From IMG/VR virus record IMGVR_UViG_3300017684_000001, positions 1-64,000 of that record: a DNA stretch of 64,000 bases; one strand, 5' to 3'. This DNA is from a virus. Below, piece by piece: positions 51,515-60,422 of the stretch (within the stretch, counting starts at the first letter, position 1; every line of letters begins with the position of its first letter). The notes beneath the pieces were generated by a model. That model was not told the origin of the DNA and did no database searches. It was given only the letters and a program-made list of their open reading frames with translations. A program made the position numbers and the translations under genes.

Positions 51515-51742
51515 ATGCCACCCTGGATCCTCATCATAACGACCCTTGCGTCGAACTCAGCGAACATATCAACGACGAATCCATCGATCGAGACCGCGAC
51601 CGTTCGCCTTGCGAACGAGATCACTTGCCGGACGATGGAGAACGATCTGACATACGACCGGACGCTGAATGGCGTCCGCATCACCGGCCGGGCGCGCTGC
51701 TACCTCGATGCGCCCGACGTCGCCCTTCCCGGAAGACCCTGA
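51515..51742 (+). CDS. small protein with N-terminal hydrophobic segment
   Basis: 75 aa ORF. Confidence 0.4.
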   Translation: MPPWILIITTLASNSANISTTNPSIETATVRLANEITCRTMENDLTYDRTLNGVRITGRARCYLDAPDVALPGRP

Positions 51743-51754
51743 AAGGAACGAACT

Positions 51755-52276
51755 ATGAAGACGCATATCGAACTCGGAATCTCGAAAAGTGAATATGACG
51801 CCCTGATCGCGACGGCGGCGTATCTCCGCGCGGATGAGGATTTATGGATCGACGAAATGGAAGTCGACGATGGAATCGAAGAAGAACGAGAGAGACCGTT
51901 TTTTAATATGCTCCACACTTGCGAAGGCTATGCTTGTGGAACCGTAGCTTGCATCGGCGGACACGTTTCGATCTTCCAAGAACTAGGTCGAATTCCGGAA
52001 TACGTCGAAGCGGACGTCCGCGATCGCGCCGACAAATACGTCTCAAAGAAGAACTTCCAGGACTATATGGACTCGGGAGAGGTCGCGCGGGAGAGGTACG
52101 AAGCAGCCTCCGGTCTCGCTAAGCTCTTCTACCCAGCCCCAATCTCGAATTGGAATGGCTTAACCCCGGTCGTCGCGGCCGACGCGATCGACCGATTTCT
52201 CGCGACCGGCGATCCGGGTTGGGTCGAGATCGCGAAAGAAAAAGGGTTTGTCCTCGCACCAGGGTGGAATCGATGA
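51755..52276 (+). CDS. hypothetical protein, Cys-motif paralogue 2
   Basis: 173 aa. FFNMLHTCEGYACGTVACIGGH ... AIDRFLATGD. Confidence 0.5.
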   Translation: MKTHIELGISKSEYDALIATAAYLRADEDLWIDEMEVDDGIEEERERPFFNMLHTCEGYACGTVACIGGHVSIFQELGRIPEYVEADVRDRADKYVSKKNFQDYMDSGEVARERYEAASGLAKLFYPAPISNWNGLTPVVAADAIDRFLATGDPGWVEIAKEKGFVLAPGWNR

Positions 52277-52554
52277 GCGCCAACGACGGCGGCCCGACAA
52301 TCCGAGTCTCGCGCGCGCCGGTCGATCGGCCGCGGATCCCGCGCGGAATCGTATCGGTCCCGGTGTGCCCCTCGGAGTGCGAGAATAGCCCTGTAGCTGG
52401 CGAGCGCGCCGATTTCAGCCTCCGGGTCATCGACGACGCCGGACGGGTCTACGAGGCCCACTATCACGGCGCGCGGGCCGTATCCATCGAGGATGGGGAT
52501 CGCGCGCTCTTCGAAGTCGGCCCGGAGGTCGTCGTGACCTGGGATCCGGCATAG
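52273..52554 (+). CDS. hypothetical protein
   Basis: Part of ORF 52150..52554. ATG 52273 forms an ATGA overlap. Confidence 0.45.
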   Translation: MSANDGGPTIRVSRAPVDRPRIPRGIVSVPVCPSECENSPVAGERADFSLRVIDDAGRVYEAHYHGARAVSIEDGDRALFEVGPEVVVTWDPA

Positions 52555-52566
52555 GGGGGAGTGGAG

Positions 52567-52720
52567 GAGGTACGGGTTCACTTTTTTGGGTCAAAAGTGG
52601 GTACGGGTCCGTTTTATATCCTCTCCTGTATTCTACTTCTAATTTAGAAGAAGAAGAAATATTACATATATAAAACCGGCTCGTACCCACTTTTGACCCA
52701 AAAAAGTGAACCCGTACCTC
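52567..52720. repeat. long AT-rich hairpin element, copy C
   Basis: Reverse complement of copy A with 2 substitutions in 152 nt. About 53 bp outer stem (1 mismatch, 2 G-T pairs) plus an inner TTCTACTTCTAA/TTAGAAGAAGAA stem. Confidence 0.9.
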
Positions 52721-52741
52721 GCCAGAGAAGGAGAAGCAGTG

Positions 52742-53341
52742 ATGGAATGGGACGCATACCTCTACGGATTCGCGGAACACGCCGCTAAGAAATCGAAGGA
52801 CTCGACCCAGGTCGGCGCCGTCCTCGTCGCCCCGAACGGCCGCAGCGTCCTGCTGACGGCGTTCAATGGCCCGCCGCCCGGCGTCCTCGATCTCCCGGAA
52901 CGTCGGGAGCGGCCGGAGAAGTACCGCTACGTCTGCCACGCCGAGCGCAACTTGATCGCGACAGCGGCCCGCCACGGGATCCGCACGGATGGGACGACGG
53001 TCTACTGTACCCACCGATGTTGCTCGCCGTGTGCCGCGGAGATGATCGCCGCTGGCGTCCGGACCTTCGCCTACGGCCCCGGCCGATTCGTCGGCGACGG
53101 TGAGCAGTGGGAGGCTTCGGCGACGATGTTCGCAGAAGCTGGCGTCAAGACTAAAGAAATTATCGCGAGGGCGCCCGCGGATCCTGATCGCGATTGGTGC
53201 GAAAGAGCGTTCGCTCTTTTCCGGTCTCTGGCGCCTCACCGTCCTCTCACGCCGACCGACGATGCCGAGCTTCTCGTTGGGCTCGAACTGAAAGAAGAGC
53301 CATCAAAGACCGTTCTCCGCATTCTTAAGGTCCGTCCATGA
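52742..53341 (+). CDS. dCMP (deoxycytidylate) deaminase
   Basis: ORF track 52706..53341. ATG 52742 after AAGGAG. Zinc motifs CHAERNLI and CSPCAAEM. Confidence 0.8.
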   Translation: MEWDAYLYGFAEHAAKKSKDSTQVGAVLVAPNGRSVLLTAFNGPPPGVLDLPERRERPEKYRYVCHAERNLIATAARHGIRTDGTTVYCTHRCCSPCAAEMIAAGVRTFAYGPGRFVGDGEQWEASATMFAEAGVKTKEIIARAPADPDRDWCERAFALFRSLAPHRPLTPTDDAELLVGLELKEEPSKTVLRILKVRP

Positions 53342-54975
53342 TCCTCGAACTCACCGATACCTCCGCGCTTCTGCGGACGTCCGCCAGCCCCGACGTCCTC
53401 CTCGTCGCGTCCGGACTAGAGGGGCGGCGCCGATGGAGCCCAGCGGGACTGCATTTCGAACCTACGGGGCACAACCTGTCCCGGGTCCGCGCGCTCCGGC
53501 CCGAGGAGCCCGAGCCGACGCCCGAGGTCGAGGCTTTCGAGGAAGTCCGCGAGCCGTACGCGTCGAAGACGGTCGCATTCCCGCACCAGGACGAAGCAGC
53601 CCGGCGGATGACCGACCTGTTCGCGCTGTTCATGGAGCAGGGCACGGGGAAGACGAAGGTCGCGATCGACCGCGCCGGGCGATTGTGGGCCGCCGGCCGG
53701 ATCGATGCCGTCCTCGTCGTCTCGAAGAAGGGGCCGCATCGGCAATGGATCGAGGAGCAATTCCCGACGCACTTCGGCTCGGATCGGTACGACGCCGCGT
53801 TCTGGCCGGTGAAGCGGATCCCCGAAACGCTCCTGAACAAGGACGGCCGGCTCAAGGTCTTCTCGATCAACTACGACGGCGCGAAGGCCGAGAAGGGGAA
53901 GCGCGCCGTCCTCGATTTCGTCCTCGCGCACCGAGGTCGGGTCTTCACGATCCTCGATGAGAGCCAGGAGATCAAGAACGTCGCCTCGGCGCGCTGGAAG
54001 GCGATGAGCGAGATCAAGGCGAAGGCCGGGACCGAGATCCGGGCGCTCCTGACCGGAACGCCGATCGCCAAGGATCTCACCGACGAATGGGCGCAGTTGA
54101 AGTGGCTCGACGAATCGATCCTCGGGATCCGATATGTGACGACCTTTCGGGCGCGGTATTGCCAGATGGGTGGATACGAAGGCCGCGAGGTCGTCGGCCA
54201 TAAGAATCTCGATGAGTTCCGAGCGGCGACCGCGCCGGTCTCGTACCGCGTGACCCAGGAGGAGATCGGCCTCGTGCCGCCGGTCTTCGAGGAATGGGCG
54301 TTCGACCTCGATCCGCGGCAGATCGCGGCGATGCGCGCGCTCAAGACCGAGCTTCTCACGGAACTCGATTCCGGCGCCCTCGTCACGGCGGCGAACGCGG
54401 CGGTCGCGATCGCGAAGGTTCAGCAGATCTCGAACGGCTTCATCCTCGACGAGGACAAGCGCGTTCACCAGATCGTCGAACCAGCGAACAACCCCAGGCT
54501 CGCGGCACTCGAAGAATACGTCGACGCCCATGACGGCCGAAAGATCATCGTCTGGGCTCGGTTCCGGGCGGATATCGCCCTGATCGCCGAGCGGCTGGAG
54601 CGGATGGGCGTCAGCCATGTCGAGTACCACGGCGGCGTCTCGGACGCGGCGCGGGCCGAGAACGTCGCCTCGTTCCTCGCGAAAGGTGGCGCCCAGGTCT
54701 TCCTCGGGAACCCGCAGTCCGGCGGGACTGGGCTGAACCTTCAGGGCGGCGGATGCCTCGCGGCTCTGTACTATTCGAACGGCAACAACGCGATCGACCG
54801 GTGGCAGTCACAGTTCCGGATCCAGCGGATCGGGACGAACGGTCTCGTCACCTACACCGACCTCGTCGCGCGGAAATCGGCCGACCGCGGAATCCTCGCG
54901 AATCTTAAAAGAAAAAAGAGTATATCCGATCTCGGGATCGGCGAGATCCGCGACCTCCTGGAGGCCATACCGTGA
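53338..54975 (+). CDS. SNF2-family (SF2) helicase/translocase
   Basis: 545 aa. MEQGTGKTKVAI (motif I), TILDESQEIKN (DExx), C-terminal helicase lobe (LGNPQSGGTGLNLQ, QFRIQRIGT). Confidence 0.85.
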   Translation: MILELTDTSALLRTSASPDVLLVASGLEGRRRWSPAGLHFEPTGHNLSRVRALRPEEPEPTPEVEAFEEVREPYASKTVAFPHQDEAARRMTDLFALFMEQGTGKTKVAIDRAGRLWAAGRIDAVLVVSKKGPHRQWIEEQFPTHFGSDRYDAAFWPVKRIPETLLNKDGRLKVFSINYDGAKAEKGKRAVLDFVLAHRGRVFTILDESQEIKNVASARWKAMSEIKAKAGTEIRALLTGTPIAKDLTDEWAQLKWLDESILGIRYVTTFRARYCQMGGYEGREVVGHKNLDEFRAATAPVSYRVTQEEIGLVPPVFEEWAFDLDPRQIAAMRALKTELLTELDSGALVTAANAAVAIAKVQQISNGFILDEDKRVHQIVEPANNPRLAALEEYVDAHDGRKIIVWARFRADIALIAERLERMGVSHVEYHGGVSDAARAENVASFLAKGGAQVFLGNPQSGGTGLNLQGGGCLAALYYSNGNNAIDRWQSQFRIQRIGTNGLVTYTDLVARKSADRGILANLKRKKSISDLGIGEIRDLLEAIP

Positions 54976-55211
54976 AGCTGACCAAGTCTGAGGAGAAGAT
55001 CCGGGAGGCGCTCGAAGCCGGCCCCCTCGACGCCGAGGGGATCGCGGCGATCCTGTACGTCGACCGCCCCCGGCCGGCGTTCTGGCGCTCGTCGGTCTCG
55101 GCGATCATGCGCTACCTCCGGGTGAAGACCATGAACGATTCAAAGCCGGTCGTTCGATCCTCCGCGCTCGGGCGCGGGCGGAAGGCCGAGTACGCACTGG
55201 GGGAGCGATAA
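54972..55211 (+). CDS. small wHTH-like protein
   Basis: 79 aa. GTG start overlapping the SNF2 stop. Confidence 0.45.
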   Translation: MKLTKSEEKIREALEAGPLDAEGIAAILYVDRPRPAFWRSSVSAIMRYLRVKTMNDSKPVVRSSALGRGRKAEYALGER

Positions 55212-55226
55212 AATCGCTCTCTGATC

Positions 55227-55266
55227 GAAAAAGACGCTTTTCTTTTCGGTCGGAATAGGGTCTACT
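55227..55266 (+). promoter_or_regulatory. early-type promoter cassette 5 (no +1 hairpin)
   Basis: GAAAAAGAC. Box at 55236-55246. TCTACT at 55261-55266. AGGAG at 55284 and GTG at 55296. Confidence 0.5.
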
Positions 55267-55295
55267 CACTCTCGTACCCAACCAGGAGAACGACA

Positions 55296-55403
55296 GTGGC
55301 TCCCGAGATCCTCGCCTTCCTCTGCGGCGGCGCCGCGATGTCCCCCGCCATCGCCTTCTGGGCGGTGTTCAACTTCATCGACAACCGGGGAAACGCGCGA
55401 TGA
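55296..55403 (+). CDS. 35-aa hydrophobic peptide (candidate)
   Basis: Hand-translated VAPEILAFLCGGAAMSPAIAFWAVFNFIDNRGNAR. AGGAG 7 nt upstream. ATGA overlap with the next ORF. Confidence 0.3.
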   Translation: MAPEILAFLCGGAAMSPAIAFWAVFNFIDNRGNAR

Positions 55404-55609
55404 GCCGCCGTGAGATCGACGAAGCCGACGCCCTCGCCCTATCGTACGAGGCTCAACAAGCCGCCGACTACGCCGAGGAGGTCGCGATGCTCGATGCGAT
55501 CTACGCCGCGACCGAACGGCTCCTCTCGAGCGGCGACCCGGCGCTCTCGAACCGGGACGCGGTCGTCCGCCGCGTCCTCGCGAAGCTCGACGAACTTGGG
55601 ATGGAGTAA
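55400..55609 (+). CDS. hypothetical acidic protein
   Basis: 69 aa ORF. Confidence 0.45.
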   Translation: MSRREIDEADALALSYEAQQAADYAEEVAMLDAIYAATERLLSSGDPALSNRDAVVRRVLAKLDELGME

Positions 55610-55614
55610 GAACC

Positions 55615-56001
55615 ATGAACAAAGAATTCGCGGACCGCTGGGTCGCCGACCTTCGCGACCCGAACAATAAGCAGTGCCAGTCCGTCCTTCACGACGGCGT
55701 CGGGTACTGCTGCCTCGGCCGGGCGCTCGTTGTTGGCGGGTTTAAGCTCGTGCAAATCGACGAAAGTTCGTTCGTTATCGAAGGATCTCAGGACCCTGAG
55801 GAAGGGGGTGGCGAGTACGAGACCCTCGATGAGCGTACAATGGCGGCTCTGGGATTCTCAGAGACCGACGGCTCTCCGAGTGAAGGGAAGGTATGTATCG
55901 AAGGTCGCGGTACGTTCGAAGGTCTAGCCGACGCGAACGATAAAGGCGCGACCTTCGCCGAGATCGCCGACTGGGTCGAGAAAAATTGGGAGCGCCTTTA
56001 A
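55615..56001 (+). CDS. hypothetical protein with GYCCLG motif
   Basis: 128 aa ORF. Confidence 0.5.
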   Translation: MNKEFADRWVADLRDPNNKQCQSVLHDGVGYCCLGRALVVGGFKLVQIDESSFVIEGSQDPEEGGGEYETLDERTMAALGFSETDGSPSEGKVCIEGRGTFEGLADANDKGATFAEIADWVEKNWERL

Positions 56002-56003
56002 TC

Positions 56004-56354
56004 ATGATCCAACTCAGCCCCGAAGACCACACCGCCGCCGCGGCCCTCGCGAACCGGATGAAGGCCGAGTTTCCCTCGGTCACGCCGAAGATCGCGATCG
56101 CAGCGGTCCACATGTTGAACCTCGAAATCGCCGTGCAGCTTTCGATGGGGAAGAAGAAGGCCGCGCTCGATTACCTCAAGGCCATGGCCCATGACGGCCG
56201 GGACTCGATCCGGCGGTATTTCGCCGCGGTCGAGGAGCGGTCGAAGGCGAAGGCTGAGGAATCCGCGGGTCGGGTCGTTCTCGACGAAGCCTCTTCGATC
56301 TCGCCCCATGTCCTCGATCAGATCCAGAACCGCGTGAAGGAGATCGTATCGTGA
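56004..56354 (+). CDS. hypothetical protein
   Basis: ORF track 55986..56354. ATG 56004 (MIQLSPED) lies 2 nt after the previous stop. Confidence 0.45.
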   Translation: MIQLSPEDHTAAAALANRMKAEFPSVTPKIAIAAVHMLNLEIAVQLSMGKKKAALDYLKAMAHDGRDSIRRYFAAVEERSKAKAEESAGRVVLDEASSISPHVLDQIQNRVKEIVS

Positions 56355-56587
56355 TCAAGTCGACAGCAGTCGGAAATACCCGACAACCACAAGATTTCCC
56401 TAAATTAATGGTTTCTAAAACCGGAGGGATGATTGTTCTTTTTGATCGATCTGAACACGGAATCGTCATTGTCCCAGATTCTTCCCCCGCATTGTCTGGA
56501 TACGGAGGATTTGGATATAAATCGGCGTCTTGGGATATGGATTGCTTCGAGCCATGGTCCGGTAAAGTCGTGATCGAGCAGGATTGA
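56351..56587 (+). CDS. hypothetical protein (lower-GC ORF)
   Basis: 78 aa, GTG start. Confidence 0.4.
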   Translation: MIKSTAVGNTRQPQDFPKLMVSKTGGMIVLFDRSEHGIVIVPDSSPALSGYGGFGYKSASWDMDCFEPWSGKVVIEQD

Positions 56588-56592
56588 CTACT

Positions 56593-56970
56593 ATGAAGCC
56601 CCTCTTTCAGATCGTCACCGATGTCTCTCTCGCAGCCCTCCGGGTCGCAAATCTCGCGCGTCAGAAGGAATGGTGCGCCACAGGCGATTCGGAGCCAGAC
56701 CTGACGTTCCGCGGGGTCGAACTCGGCGGCGAGACCGGTGAGGCGCTCAACGTGATCAAGAAGCTCGAACGTGAGCGGCACGGTTGGCGCGGCTCACGGG
56801 CGACGAAACAGGATCTCGCCGATGAACTCGCCGACGTCGTCATCTGCGCCGACCTCGCTGCGATGGCAGCCGGGATCGATCTCGCCGAAGCCGTCGCCCG
56901 GAAGTTCAACGCGACCAGCGAGAAGGTTGGTCTCGCGACCCGGCTCGAATTGAACGAGAGGGTTACGTGA
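56593..56970 (+). CDS. MazG-like nucleoside triphosphate pyrophosphohydrolase
   Basis: ORF track 56584..56970 (TTG). ATG 56593. GVELGGETGEALNVIKKLER and LADELADVVICADL fit the EExxE/ExxD helices of MazG. Confidence 0.65.
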   Translation: MKPLFQIVTDVSLAALRVANLARQKEWCATGDSEPDLTFRGVELGGETGEALNVIKKLERERHGWRGSRATKQDLADELADVVICADLAAMAAGIDLAEAVARKFNATSEKVGLATRLELNERVT

Positions 56971-57254
56971 CGCTCCTCGAACGCCTTCTCGACGGCGCCC
57001 CGGCCCACGAACCGGAATTCGAGGCGTGGATCTACGATTTCCTCGGTCGGCTTGTCGCGATCCTTCCGATGGAGAAGACGGCCGGCGTTCACTATCGATC
57101 GGAGGTGTATGCTGGACCGGCGCTTTTCGGGATCGTCGCCTTGGTCCGCGATGGGGCCGATTCGCAGATCCTGTTCCGCGGCTTCGAGATCAAGCCCGGG
57201 TACTCGGTCGGCGCCGATATCCCGGAGCCGAACGTACGGATCTGGAAGCCGTGA
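56967..57254 (+). CDS. hypothetical protein
   Basis: 95 aa. GTG start overlapping the previous stop. Last gene of the rightward block. Confidence 0.45.
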   Translation: MTLLERLLDGAPAHEPEFEAWIYDFLGRLVAILPMEKTAGVHYRSEVYAGPALFGIVALVRDGADSQILFRGFEIKPGYSVGADIPEPNVRIWKP

Positions 57255-57262
57255 TAGCTCGC

Positions 57263-57296
57263 AAAAAACCCGCCGGGAGCGCCCGGCGGGAGTTTA
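57263..57296. terminator. convergent-operon terminator (strong for the minus strand)
   Basis: CCCGCCGGG-AGCG-CCCGGCGGG with A6 on the left, which is a U6 tail for minus-strand transcripts. It sits between convergent genes. Confidence 0.75.
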
Positions 57297-57357
57297 GGGG
57301 AGGAAACGGTCCGAGAGGATCGTCCAGCACGTTCTAGACCGGTTTCTCGCGATTCGT

Positions 57358-58362
57358 CTAGTTGCACCACGCCTCGATGAAAACGGTCGGTGTCCCGGTC
57401 GTCGCGAGATTGAGCGACAGGACGCCGAGAAGCGAGACCGTCGCCGCCTGCGAGACGTTCCCCGATACCGTCGTCGTCGTCACAGTCGAGACGTTTCCCA
57501 TCCGGACGCCAGCCGCGGTCGCGTCGACGCCCTGGGCCTGAACCTGGACGTTGTACGGCGCGGCGGTACACCCTGCCGAGGCGATCGATACGGACCAGAG
57601 CCCGTTCGTCGCGACCGTTGATCCGACCCAGACCTTTGCCCCGGTGCGCGCGCCGGACGGCCCGTAGACCGGAATGGATCCTGCGGGTCCGATTGCGCCA
57701 GTTAGTCCCGTCGGCCCCGTTGGGCCGGCTGGCCCTGTCGCTCCAGTCGCACCTGCGGAGCCCGTGGCCCCCGCATCACCCTTCGTCCCGGTCGCGCCTT
57801 GCTGACCCGTCGCTCCAGCAGGACCAGTTGCTCCAGCAGATCCCGTGTCTCCCTTCGCGCCCTGAATACCCTGAGGCCCTTGGGCACCTGTTGAGCCCGC
57901 ATTTCCCGTCGCCCCCGTTAAGCCTTGAGGCCCGCTCGGACCCGTCGCTCCCACCGGACCAGGATTACCCTGCACCCCTTGAGCGCCAGCCGGTCCAGTA
58001 GGCCCGGCGACCCCTGTCGCTCCAGTCGGGCCAGGCTGGCCCTGTAATCCTCGATCGCCCTGAGCGCCCTGCGGCCCCGTAGCTCCCGTTGCTCCGGTGT
58101 CCCCCTTCGGCCCAGCATTGCCCGTCGCTCCCTGGATTCCCTGCGGGCCTGTGGCCCCGGCCGCGCCCGCATCCCCCTTCGGCCCCTGAACGCCCTGGCT
58201 TCCCGCCGGCCCCGGGGCTCCGTCTGCGCCGGGGTTGCCTGGCGGCCCAACACCATTCTGCCGGATGTAGGCGAGCGCCGGCCCCGTTCCGAAGTCGGGG
58301 ATCGCTTCGAGACTGAGAAGCCCGAGCGCGAGCGAGAATGCGATCCTACTGACCGAAGCCAT
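57358..58362 (-). CDS. collagen-like (G-X-Y repeat) protein with N-terminal hydrophobic leader and globular C-domain
   Basis: 334 aa. About 60 uninterrupted GXY triplets ([19 protein letters not shown]...). N-terminus [18 protein letters not shown]. Confidence 0.85.
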   Translation of the reverse strand: MASVSRIAFSLALGLLSLEAIPDFGTGPALAYIRQNGVGPPGNPGADGAPGPAGSQGVQGPKGDAGAAGATGPQGIQGATGNAGPKGDTGATGATGPQGAQGDRGLQGQPGPTGATGVAGPTGPAGAQGVQGNPGPVGATGPSGPQGLTGATGNAGSTGAQGPQGIQGAKGDTGSAGATGPAGATGQQGATGTKGDAGATGSAGATGATGPAGPTGPTGLTGAIGPAGSIPVYGPSGARTGAKVWVGSTVATNGLWSVSIASAGCTAAPYNVQVQAQGVDATAAGVRMGNVSTVTTTTVSGNVSQAATVSLLGVLSLNLATTGTPTVFIEAWCN

Positions 58363-58777
58363 ACGACCACTCCAATGGCGCGTAAGTCGTCGAGCCCGTT
58401 ATCGGAAAGTTCGGCATCGAGACCGCGAGCGTCGAACCGCAAAGCGGGTACTGGGTCGCGAATACCGCGGTGAAGCCCGGCGGAACAAGCCAGCCGGTCG
58501 TCGGCGTCACGTTCAGGTTCGCGCAGTCGGAGGCGGTGCTGTAGCCCTTGAACCGGACGTAGACCGAGTTCGGGTTGATGACGTAGAAGCTCGTCAGCTT
58601 CTGGCCGCTCTTCGGATCCTTGAGCGAATCTTGCGGCACCATCGTCGTCCGCGCGGTCGGGCCGACGGCCAGTTGAACCGGCTCGCTCATCCGTCGAAAT
58701 GGAATCCCCTGGGTGCTCTGCGCGAGCGCCGGGCCGGAGGCGATCAACAAGAGGAAGAGGGCGAGCGCGCGCATCAT
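58346..58777 (-). CDS. Sec-signal secreted protein, unknown
   Basis: 143 aa. [21 protein letters not shown]. Confidence 0.55.
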   Translation of the reverse strand: MMRALALFLLLIASGPALAQSTQGIPFRRMSEPVQLAVGPTARTTMVPQDSLKDPKSGQKLTSFYVINPNSVYVRFKGYSTASDCANLNVTPTTGWLVPPGFTAVFATQYPLCGSTLAVSMPNFPITGSTTYAPLEWSYGFGQ

Positions 58778-59478
58778 TGATATCCGAGTTGGAACGCCGT
58801 GATCGCCCCGGCGTCGATCCCCGTCCCGTCGCTATCGTCCGGAGACGCCCCGAAAGCGTAAACGAGACCGTTCACGACGGAAATCCCGGACATGCCGGCG
58901 AAGTTCGTCGAGGCGACGCAATTGTTCGGAGGGAAGGCGTATGGGCCGGCGTAGACCGGTGTCGTTCCGGGCGTCACGGAATCAGTCGTCGCGGCGTCGT
59001 AGATCTTCAGGAACAGCGTCGTCGCGGACGTATTGCAGCCTTGGTACGAGTACGCGCGTGTCGGCCCTGACTTGGCGAGCATGGCGCTGTTTCCGGCTGC
59101 CGACGACGGGAGCCGGGAGAGCGACATCGGCATATTGAACGCGCCGCTTCCGGCAGTTCCCGAGGCGACCACGCCCGTCCCGGGAATCGATCCGACCGAA
59201 GATCCGGCAGAGATCGCCCGCGCGTAGACGTGCGACCCCGACGAGGTGTTTGGGAAGAGGCCGTTCTCGGGCGTCCAACCGATCGCCGGAGCATCGATCG
59301 AGGCCGGCGGCGCCGTTCCGATGAACAACCCGGCGATTCCGGATAGGACCGAAACCGAACATGGCGCCACGCAGACGTCGACCCAGGCCGACTGAGAAAG
59401 CGGCGTCCGCGTCGTCTGCGCGAGCGCTGCGTCAGTGAAGAAGAGTGAACAGAGGAGAAGGAACGCTCGTCGTTTCAT
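58774..59478 (-). CDS. Sec-signal secreted protein, unknown
   Basis: 234 aa. MKRRAFLLLCSLFFTDAALAQT. Confidence 0.55.
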   Translation of the reverse strand: MKRRAFLLLCSLFFTDAALAQTTRTPLSQSAWVDVCVAPCSVSVLSGIAGLFIGTAPPASIDAPAIGWTPENGLFPNTSSGSHVYARAISAGSSVGSIPGTGVVASGTAGSGAFNMPMSLSRLPSSAAGNSAMLAKSGPTRAYSYQGCNTSATTLFLKIYDAATTDSVTPGTTPVYAGPYAFPPNNCVASTNFAGMSGISVVNGLVYAFGASPDDSDGTGIDAGAITAFQLGYQ

Positions 59479-60118
59479 AGCGGGAAACTCCCGGCTCCGA
59501 GGGGCCTAAAGAGGACGAACGTCCGGGAACGAACAGCGACCCGGTTCGGAAGGTGTCGATCGTCCACTTTGGCAGACTTTCGATCGCGGGTCTCAGATTC
59601 GGCTTGTAGGTGACGAGGGCAGCAGCGAGCGAGAATGCCACGATCAGGGTAATCCCGAGGCCGTAACGCGATGGGGCCGGGACGCTCTCCCTCCCGTCGC
59701 GCTGAATCGCTCCGGCCGCAACGACATGGCAGATCGCCGCGAAGATCGTAAAGATTTTTACCCACCCGAAGAACTCGGAATTGAGCCACATGGGATCGAA
59801 AGCTGACAGGCGCGACACGACGCTTCCCGCGGCTCGGCCGGACTGCGTCAGCCACGACAGAAACACGCCGACGATCAGGAAGCTTCCGGAATCGGCCTCG
59901 CCCGAGAAGATCGCGAGCGTCGACTTGACCGAATATTTTAGGACGACGTAGAGCGATAGAACAAAGATGATGGCGTCGAGGGCGATGTTGACATCGTTGT
60001 TCGCGAAGAACGCGTTGAACGCGACGTACGCGAATCCCATCAAAAAACAGGACCAGATGATCGTCGAGCGGACGTTCGCGCGCTCGTTATATTCGCCAGC
60101 GTATCGGTTGACCCACAT
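59432..60118 (-). CDS. polytopic membrane protein, unknown
   Basis: 228 aa with about 5 hydrophobic segments. Lower GC than neighbours. The 3' end overlaps the next gene by 47 nt. Confidence 0.5.
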   Translation of the reverse strand: MWVNRYAGEYNERANVRSTIIWSCFLMGFAYVAFNAFFANNDVNIALDAIIFVLSLYVVLKYSVKSTLAIFSGEADSGSFLIVGVFLSWLTQSGRAAGSVVSRLSAFDPMWLNSEFFGWVKIFTIFAAICHVVAAGAIQRDGRESVPAPSRYGLGITLIVAFSLAAALVTYKPNLRPAIESLPKWTIDTFRTGSLFVPGRSSSLGPSEPGVSRYETTSVPSPLFTLLH

Positions 60119-60139
60119 TTCGTCCTCGACCCTTGCCGC

Positions 60140-60421
60140 TCAGTGCTTCTGAACGCGTTCGAGAGCGGTCCGAGCGAGCCGGAGGACGTCCCCTGTTCGC
60201 GGCTCACTGAAGGTGCACTTTTCCTTTTCGGTAATCTGCTCGATCTCGTTCCGAATAGCTTTTAACCGCTCGCTGCTCGCATCGGAAGCCACTTTGACTT
60301 TCCGCGAAGAGACCACGCTTCGCGCGTGCGCCTCAATGTTTTCCGCGAATAGTTTCTCGACCTCCGCGAGCTTTACTGCCGCAGTTCGTCCGAGAAAAAG
60401 GTCCATTGCGCGCTTCCACAT
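60140..60421 (-). CDS. helical soluble protein, unknown
   Basis: ORF track 60140..60505. ATG 60421 (MWKRAMDLF) lies 1 nt after the upstream stop. Confidence 0.4.
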   Translation of the reverse strand: MWKRAMDLFLGRTAAVKLAEVEKLFAENIEAHARSVVSSRKVKVASDASSERLKAIRNEIEQITEKEKCTFSEPRTGDVLRLARTALERVQKH

Positions 60422-60422
60422 C

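Noticed and set aside
52579-52599. Local hairpin inside each arm of copies A and C (CACTTTT-TTGGGTC-AAAAGTG), as an alternative to the long-range fold.
   Set aside because: Copy B cannot form it (CACTTTTTTAGGTCAATTCTG), whereas B preserves the long-range arm-arm pairing by compensatory changes. The long hairpin is therefore the conserved structure.
55261-55275. Resemblance of TCTACTCACTCTCG (cassette 5) and CCGGGAGACC (cassette 1 hairpin) to the T7 promoter core GACTCACTATAGGGAGACC.
   Set aside because: These are only partial matches and are not shared by the other cassettes. No single-subunit RNA polymerase gene is present in the window.
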